52,361 bases of DNA, from NCBI GenBank assembly GCA_030432735.1, contig JAUIMK010000001.1:1-52361 (forward strand). Direction: 5' to 3'. Shown here one piece after another: positions 39,554-45,655 of the stretch. Within the stretch, counting starts at the first letter, position 1. Each line of letters opens with the position of its first letter. The notes under the pieces are model-generated. The model searched no databases. It worked only from the letters and a program-made list of their open reading frames with translations, and was not told the origin of the DNA. The DNA is from a bacterium (GTDB lineage: Bacteria; Myxococcota_A; UBA9160; UBA4427). A program made the translations under genes and the position numbers.

Positions 39554-40555
39554 TCAGGCGGCGCAGACGTAGTCGAGGCCCTCGCGGTATCCGTACTCGT
39601 CGAGGCGTGCCCGGATCTCCCCACGCGGGCGCGATCCTGCGACCGAGACCACGAGCGGGTAGGGCGGTCGCTCCGCGAGGATCTCGATGGGGACGACCGG
39701 CGCGCCGGCGATCGCGTTCCCGAGCCGGCCGGGGTGGACCTCGACGATCGCGGCCGGGCGTCGGCCGAGCGACTCGAGCTGGCGTCGCAGGGCCTTGCCC
39801 GTCGCGCCGTGTCCCCAGAGCAGGTACTCCGGCGCCGCGGCGAGGAAGTCGCGGGACAGGTGCCACGCGCGGCAGGCGGTGAAGCGGTCGAGGCGACAGC
39901 GCGGGTCGGTCCGCGAGAGTCGGGTCGGGAGGTCGCGCCAGCCGAGGATGCGTTCGGGAACCGTGCCGACGACGGGGCCGTCGCGGAGCAGCCGCAGCAA
40001 CAGGTCGTAGTCCTCGGGCCAATCCCGATCGCGGTAGCGCAGGGTCGCGAGGCGTTCGCGACGGATCATGAGTGCGGGGTGGGCGACGGGACATTCGATG
40101 AAGCGCTCGCGCCAGATGCGTTCGGGGCTGTCTAGGCCGTTCAGCCAGCGTTCGTACGCGCGTCTTCCTTCGCGCAGCCCCTCGCGCGGAAAGAGCCGGA
40201 CCCCGCCGCCGACCGCCTGGAGTCCGGGTCGGGCGTCGAGCAGGGCCGCCTGCTTCGCGAGTCGGTCCCGACGCATCCAATCGTCGGCGTCGAAGCGGGC
40301 GACCAGCGGCGCCCGCGCCTCATCGAGGCCCGCTTCCAGGCTCGCGACGATCCCTTCGTGCGAACGCGCGAGGAGGCGGAAGCGCGCATCGCTTCGCGCG
40401 AACGACGCGGCGACGCGGGCCGAGTCGTCCGTCGAGCCGTCGTCGACGATCAGGCACTCGAAGTCGCGCTCGGTCTGTCGCGCCACGCTGCGCAGCGCCG
40501 TCGCGAGGGTGGCGTCGGCGTTCCAGACCGGCATGAGGACGGTCACACGGGGCAT
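39554..40555 (-). CDS. Family 2 glycosyltransferase with C-terminal Rossmann-like extension
   Basis: ATG 40553-40555 gives 333 aa. It has a GT-A N-terminus (VTVLMPVWNADATLATALRSVARQTERDFECLIVDDGSTDDS...RFDADD). The C-terminal ~110 aa (LLWGHGATGKALRRQLESLGRRPAAIVEVHPGRLGNAIAGAPVVPIE) resembles NeuD/PglD-type N-terminal domains. The upstream part of ORF 39554..41305 is antisense to the yfiR-like gene. Confidence 0.8.
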   Translation of the reverse strand: MPRVTVLMPVWNADATLATALRSVARQTERDFECLIVDDGSTDDSARVAASFARSDARFRLLARSHEGIVASLEAGLDEARAPLVARFDADDWMRRDRLAKQAALLDARPGLQAVGGGVRLFPREGLREGRRAYERWLNGLDSPERIWRERFIECPVAHPALMIRRERLATLRYRDRDWPEDYDLLLRLLRDGPVVGTVPERILGWRDLPTRLSRTDPRCRLDRFTACRAWHLSRDFLAAAPEYLLWGHGATGKALRRQLESLGRRPAAIVEVHPGRLGNAIAGAPVVPIEILAERPPYPLVVSVAGSRPRGEIRARLDEYGYREGLDYVCAA

Positions 40556-40726
40556 CGGGGGAAATCCTGAATCGGCGCGGCTGCGCAGCTGGGGGATCTC
40601 ACCCACGTCGGAATGAGATTTCGGTGACGAGGGTTGGGTTTCGCGATTCGGCTGCCGATGAATTGGAGCGAGCGGGTTCCCCGCCCCTCGATTGGAGTCA
40701 CGCGCGTGCTTCGAGCGACGCTTCTC

Positions 40727-41278
40727 ATGAGACCCGGACTGGTCCGCCTGCGTCGAACGTCGATCGGTTTCGCCCTCGGTCTGGTCGCTCTCGGCCTGAC
40801 GGCGACCGTGGCGCGCGCGCAATCCGAAGACCAGATCAAGGCCGCCTTCCTCTTCAATTTCGCTCGCTACGTCGAATGGCCCGACGCGGCCTTCTCGAGC
40901 GGGAGTACCCCGGTCCGGATCTGCATGGCCGGCGCCGACGACTTCGCGAGCATCGTGTCGAAGGCGGTTGGTGGCAAGAGCGTGGGCGACCGCGCGGTCG
41001 AGGTCGCCTCCGGCGTAGGCCTCGAAGATGCCGGCACCTGCCACATCCTCTACGTCGGTGCGGGTCTCGAGGCCGGCGCCGACGTCGTCGCGTCGAGCGT
41101 TTCCGGCGGGCACGTGTTCACCGTCGCCGATCGCGAGGGCTTCGCCGCGTCGGGCGGGATCGCCAACTTCATCCGCGCGGACAACAAGGTCCGCTTCGAG
41201 ATCAACCCCGATGCCGCGAAGCAGGCAGGGCTCAAGATCAGCTCGCGCCTGCTCCGTCTGGCCAAGGTCGTGGAGTAG
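40727..41278 (+). CDS. YfiR-family (DUF4154) periplasmic protein
   Basis: I use ATG 40727 (MRPGLVRLRRTSIGFALGLVALGLTATVARAQ, a signal peptide). The mature part has DUF4154/YfiR hallmarks KAAFLFNFARYVEWP and VRFEINPDAAKQAGLKISSRLLRLAK, plus two Cys (VRICMAG, GTCHILYV). Confidence 0.8.
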   Translation: MRPGLVRLRRTSIGFALGLVALGLTATVARAQSEDQIKAAFLFNFARYVEWPDAAFSSGSTPVRICMAGADDFASIVSKAVGGKSVGDRAVEVASGVGLEDAGTCHILYVGAGLEAGADVVASSVSGGHVFTVADREGFAASGGIANFIRADNKVRFEINPDAAKQAGLKISSRLLRLAKVVE

Positions 41279-41288
41279 GAGTCCGGAG

Positions 41289-43388
41289 ATGGGCGAATAC
41301 GACACCGATTCCGGGCGACGGGCGATGGGAACCTCCGCGGCACCGGCTTCCAGCCATCACGCGGGAAGCGATTCGATCCAGAGGCGGATCCAGCGCGGAT
41401 TCTTCGCGACGACCGGCCTCGCACTCGTGCTCACCGCCGGCGCACTCTTCACGACGGCCTTCGTGCAGTTCCGCCAGGACATGGACGAGAACCTGCTCGT
41501 GCTCGCCCGGGTGACCGGTGCGAACTCGGAGGCGTCGCTCCTCTTCGACGACGACCAGGCGGCGATGGAGACGCTCCGCGCCCTCAAGGCGGTCGATTCG
41601 ATCGAAGCGGCCGTGGTCTACGACGCGGAGGGTCGGGTCTTCGCGAAGTACGTCCGCACCGGGATCCAAGGCTTCCGGCCGCCCGGCGAACTCTCCTACG
41701 AACCGACCTGGACGCGCAAGAACATCGACCTCGCGTCGAAGATCCTGATGGGCGAGGAAGAGATCGGCACGGTCTTCCTCCGCTCGGACACGAAGCAGGT
41801 CCAGGCCTTCCTCTTCACGTCGATCGCGATCGTGGTCGGCGTGGTCGTCATCTCCCTCGTGCTCTGCTGGTGGGGTGCCGCCCGGCTGCAGCAGACGATC
41901 GCGACGCCGCTCGAGCAGCTCGTGCGCGGCGCGGCTTCGATGGCCGAAGGCGACCTCTCGACCCAGGTCACCGTCGGATCCGACGACGAAACCGGGGTCC
42001 TGGCTCGCGCGTTCAACGCGATGGTCGACAGCCTCCGCGGCCTGGTCTCGCAGGTCGGCGAGAACACGCGCTACGTCGCGTCGGCGATGGGCAAGCTCAC
42101 GTCGGCGAGCGCCGCGATGCGGGAAGAGGTCCAGCGTCAGGAAGAGGCCGTCGAGTCGACCGCCGAGTCCGTCGAGGGAATCATCGCCTCGATGCACGCC
42201 GTCAACGAGAACGTCGAGGCGCTCTCCGAGAACGCGATCGAGACCTCGAGCGCGGCGATCGAGATGGACTCCTCGATCGCAGAGACCGCGAACCACATCG
42301 ACGAGCTGTCCGAGATCATCGAGACGACGGCGTCGAGCGTCGTCGAGATGACGAGCGGAATTCGCGAGATCGCGCGCAGCGCGGACATCCTGAACCAGTC
42401 GACGGAGTCGACCGCCCAGGCGCTGGAGCTCCTCTCCGGGTCGGTGCGCACGGTCGAGTCGAACGCGAAGGAGAGCCACGCGCTCTCGGACCAGACCCAG
42501 AAGAAGGCGGAGGAGGGCATGTCCGCGGTCCACGAGACCGTCGAGGGCATGGTCGAGATCCAGGAGTCCTTCGAGGGGATCGAGTCGATCATCGGGAGCC
42601 TCTCGGAGAAGAGCGAGTCGATCGGCGCCGTCGTCAAGGTCATCGAGTCGGTCGTCGAACAGACGAACCTCCTCGCCCTCAACGCCGCGATCATCTCGTC
42701 CCAGGCGGGGGAGCACGGTCGTGCCTTCTCGGTCGTCGCCGAAGAGGTTCGCAGCCTCGCCGAACGCACCGCGTCGAGCACCCGCGAGATCGCCGACCTG
42801 ATCGACTCGGTCCAGGGCGGCGTCCACAACGCCGTCGCCGCGATGGACCAGGGCTCGACCCGCGTCGAGCGCGGCGTCGTGCTCGCCAACACCGCCGGGC
42901 GGATCCTCCAGGAGATCGGGGAGAGCACCCAGCAGTCGACCCGCTGGGCCCGGGAGATCGTCGAGGCCACCCGGAGTCAGGCGGCGGACATCGACCAGGT
43001 CGGCGTCGCGATGACGCGGGTCAAGGAGACGGCGACGCAGCTGAACCGCGGGACGCACGAGCAGGACAGCGCCAGCGCGGAGATCACCCGCGGCGTCGAG
43101 AAGATGCGTCACCTGGGCCTCGAGGTGAAGAACTCCGCGCAGGAGCAGCGCCGCGAGTCGAGCCTGATCACGCAGTCGGTCGAGATCGTCGCTGCGAAGA
43201 TCAAGGAGATCTCGGTCGAGACCAAGGATCAGAGCAAGCGTGCGGATCAGATCCAGGAAGCCCTCTCGGTCTTCCGGGAGGTCACGCTCCAGACGACCCG
43301 GCGCGCCGCCGAGACCGCCGAGACGGTCAGCGACCTCGCGGCCCACGCCGAGGGGCTCGAGCGCGAGATCGACCGCTTCCGGATCTAG
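41289..43388 (+). CDS. Methyl-accepting chemotaxis protein with YfiN/CHASE8-like periplasmic sensor, HAMP and very long signalling domain
   Basis: ATG 41289 lies 10 nt after the yfiR-like stop, preceded by GGAG. 699 aa: TM1 at about aa 37-59, periplasmic aa 60-171, TM2 at about aa 172-196, HAMP (PLEQLVRGAASMAEGDLSTQV...ETGVLARAFNAMVDSL), then the MCP tip EQTNLLALNAAIISSQAGEHGRAFSVVAEEVRSLAERT. Confidence 0.85.
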   Translation: MGEYDTDSGRRAMGTSAAPASSHHAGSDSIQRRIQRGFFATTGLALVLTAGALFTTAFVQFRQDMDENLLVLARVTGANSEASLLFDDDQAAMETLRALKAVDSIEAAVVYDAEGRVFAKYVRTGIQGFRPPGELSYEPTWTRKNIDLASKILMGEEEIGTVFLRSDTKQVQAFLFTSIAIVVGVVVISLVLCWWGAARLQQTIATPLEQLVRGAASMAEGDLSTQVTVGSDDETGVLARAFNAMVDSLRGLVSQVGENTRYVASAMGKLTSASAAMREEVQRQEEAVESTAESVEGIIASMHAVNENVEALSENAIETSSAAIEMDSSIAETANHIDELSEIIETTASSVVEMTSGIREIARSADILNQSTESTAQALELLSGSVRTVESNAKESHALSDQTQKKAEEGMSAVHETVEGMVEIQESFEGIESIIGSLSEKSESIGAVVKVIESVVEQTNLLALNAAIISSQAGEHGRAFSVVAEEVRSLAERTASSTREIADLIDSVQGGVHNAVAAMDQGSTRVERGVVLANTAGRILQEIGESTQQSTRWAREIVEATRSQAADIDQVGVAMTRVKETATQLNRGTHEQDSASAEITRGVEKMRHLGLEVKNSAQEQRRESSLITQSVEIVAAKIKEISVETKDQSKRADQIQEALSVFREVTLQTTRRAAETAETVSDLAAHAEGLEREIDRFRI

Positions 43389-45541
43389 CGCGGGACGGGG
43401 TCGCCCGCTTCGCGCGCCGCGTCGACGAAGATCGGGCTCGACCAGGCGTTGCCGCCGTCCACCTGCCGGATCCGGACGTAGTGGAACTCGCCGGCCTGGA
43501 GCGCCGGGATCGTCCGCTCGAGGTCCACGTGGAGCGGATCCTCCGGTAGGAGGCTCGCGACGCGTCCGCTCCGGACGAGCTCGATCGCTTCGATCGGCTC
43601 GGTCGCCTCGTAACGGAGGCGCAGGAGGTGGTCGCGGTCCCCTGCGACGAGGGTTCCGCCCATGTCGATGCCGTCGATCGACACCTCGAAGAAGGGGCGG
43701 ATGCCATTCGTCGCGAAAGTGTGTCGCCGCTTCAGGCTTTCCTTGACCGCGTCCCGGTCGAGGCGGTCGACGAAGAGACCCGCGAGTCCGCCGTGCCCTC
43801 CGGCGATCTCGGGGAGGCCGGGATGTCCGTCGTGGGAGTCGCCGCTGCCCACGAAGCCGAGCCGGTAGCCCGCGCGAAGGGCGTCGAGGACGAACCAGCC
43901 GGGCATGCCGCCCCGGACCGCCATCGGCATCTCCATCGACTCGCTCTGCCCGTGGACCGAGGCGATCTCGGCTACCGGCTCGAGCTCCGGATCCGGTCGG
44001 AAATGCCAATTCGTGGCGACCGGGTCGCCCGCGGAATGGTGCGTGAACGTCAGGGCGTTGCGGTCGCGGAGCGCGGCCCAGAGCTCGTCGGGGCGGTCGG
44101 TGGCGAAGTCGACGGCGGAGAAGATTTCGGGTCGGGGCTCGGCGCCCACCGGATCGAAGTAGAGGACGTGCCGGTGGCCGTGCAGCCAGCTCGTCCACTC
44201 GTAGCCGGGGATCGTGACGAATCGCTCCTGCTCTTGCGCTTCGTCGGTCGTCTCGAAGACGTCGCGGGTCGCCGCCGGGTCGAGGGCGAGGGGGCGGGCG
44301 CCCCAGTGGTCGTGGTCGGTGAGCGCGACGACGTCGAGGCGCGCGACCTCTCTCGCATAACGGAAATAGTCGTCGGGCCGGCCGGTCCCGTCGGAGAGCC
44401 GGCTGTGGCCGTGGAGGTCGCCCCAGACGAGTCGCTCGGGCGAGCGTCGCACGACGATCGGCGGGAGCGTCGCCGCCAGGCCGTCGAGGGCGTCGAGGCC
44501 GCGGATCCCGAGGCGGAGAACGCCTTCGCGCGAGACCGGACCGAGGGGAAGGCGCGCGCTGCCGTCCTGCCAGGCGTCGACCGCGAGGGTGCGCGGCTCG
44601 CCGAAGTCGACGGTCGATCCGGGCAACGCGCGGATCTCGAAGCGCGCGTTCTGCGGCCCCCGCGGCCCGGGCGCCTCCGCGTCGTCGAGACGCGGCGTGC
44701 GGTTGCCGAGGGCATCGAGCAGGGCCACGCGAACGGAGAACGCTTCGCCGGGTCCGAGATCCGCCGGACCGTGTGCGACGAGAAGCCGCGCGCGGCGCGC
44801 GGTGACGTCGAGGAGGGGGCCGTCGTCGATGAAGCGGCGATAGCCGTCGCCGTCCGCATCGACGGCGACGAGGATCCGGGCATCGTGCTCCGCATAGCGA
44901 TCCACCTGCGCGCCCCCCGGCCCGGCGCCGTAGACGAAGCGGATGCGGTCGCCCTCGCGGAGCGCGCCGCCCTCGACCCGGAAGCCCGTGCCGTGGTCGT
45001 CGGGAGCGAGGGTGGCGTCGCCGCGCACGACCACCGCCGTCGTGAAGCCCGGGGCCTCGCGGTCGACGTGCTGGACGGTGCTCCAGTCCCAGGATGCTTC
45101 GGCCATCGGGAAGATCGCCCCTCCTCGCGCGATGCCGTGCGGACCGACCTCGTAGACGAACTCGAAGCGGTGGGCGCTCGCCGCGGGGAGCGCGGGGCGT
45201 CGCGGCGAGTCCGCGCCTCGTCGCCATGCGGTCCATCCTCGCCAGGGCGGGGCGCCGATCGGCTCGACCCGCTCGAGCCAGGCGCGTCCGCCGCCGTCGC
45301 CGGGATGGGCGTCGGCCTCGAGATCGGCCAGCAGTAGGAGGTGCGTCTCGAGCTGGGCGTTCGGGGAGAGGGTGGGGTGTTGCTCCGTCCAGTCCTCCGG
45401 CAGCTCGAACCAGGGCGCGGACGGCAGGATCGGGGATTCCCCGTCCGTCGCCTCCGGCGAAGCGGGGGCTTCGGAGCCGGCCTCCTGCTCGGCCCCGCAT
45501 CCGAGGATTCCGAGGCAGAGGGCCGCGAGAAGCCCCTGCAG
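43385..45541 (-). CDS. PHP-domain / DUF3604-like metal-dependent phosphoesterase lipoprotein; 5' end unresolved
   Basis: Frame of ORF 43385..46138. Lipobox LGILGCG preceded by ARRLQGLLAAL; PHP-like motifs (VWGDLHGHSRLSDGTG, ALTDHDHW, GSGDSHDGHPG). No ATG/GTG/TTG lies in frame between the lipobox and the divergent gene. The coordinate 45541 is a CTG and only a placeholder. Confidence 0.6.
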   Translation of the reverse strand: MQGLLAALCLGILGCGAEQEAGSEAPASPEATDGESPILPSAPWFELPEDWTEQHPTLSPNAQLETHLLLLADLEADAHPGDGGGRAWLERVEPIGAPPWRGWTAWRRGADSPRRPALPAASAHRFEFVYEVGPHGIARGGAIFPMAEASWDWSTVQHVDREAPGFTTAVVVRGDATLAPDDHGTGFRVEGGALREGDRIRFVYGAGPGGAQVDRYAEHDARILVAVDADGDGYRRFIDDGPLLDVTARRARLLVAHGPADLGPGEAFSVRVALLDALGNRTPRLDDAEAPGPRGPQNARFEIRALPGSTVDFGEPRTLAVDAWQDGSARLPLGPVSREGVLRLGIRGLDALDGLAATLPPIVVRRSPERLVWGDLHGHSRLSDGTGRPDDYFRYAREVARLDVVALTDHDHWGARPLALDPAATRDVFETTDEAQEQERFVTIPGYEWTSWLHGHRHVLYFDPVGAEPRPEIFSAVDFATDRPDELWAALRDRNALTFTHHSAGDPVATNWHFRPDPELEPVAEIASVHGQSESMEMPMAVRGGMPGWFVLDALRAGYRLGFVGSGDSHDGHPGLPEIAGGHGGLAGLFVDRLDRDAVKESLKRRHTFATNGIRPFFEVSIDGIDMGGTLVAGDRDHLLRLRYEATEPIEAIELVRSGRVASLLPEDPLHVDLERTIPALQAGEFHYVRIRQVDGGNAWSSPIFVDAAREAGDPVPR

Positions 45542-45655
45542 CCGACGCGCAGGCTTCCAGCAGGAACGGACCCTGGCGCCGCGGGCTCGCGGGGTTCGCG
45601 GGACTCGGTGTTCGCCCTCACGGATTCCCGCTAAGGCGAGTCCCCGGTCCGTCCG

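Noticed and set aside
40556-41305. Upstream part of the 583-aa ORF 39554..41305
   Set aside because: The GT2 protein starts at MPRVTVLMPVWN (40555). The extension is antisense to the YfiR-like gene and has no motifs.
41238-45500. 1420-aa ORF on the minus strand, the longest in the track
   Set aside because: Its composition is extreme in Arg/Pro/Gly/Asp with no recognisable motif. It is antisense to the well-supported MCP gene and out of frame with the PHP-lipoprotein gene. This is a typical shadow ORF of a ~70% GC genome.
45619-45621. GTG as start codon for the PHP/DUF3604-like lipoprotein
   Set aside because: It is in the wrong frame: it opens the Arg/Pro-rich ORF 44050..45621, not the frame encoding the lipobox and PHP motifs.
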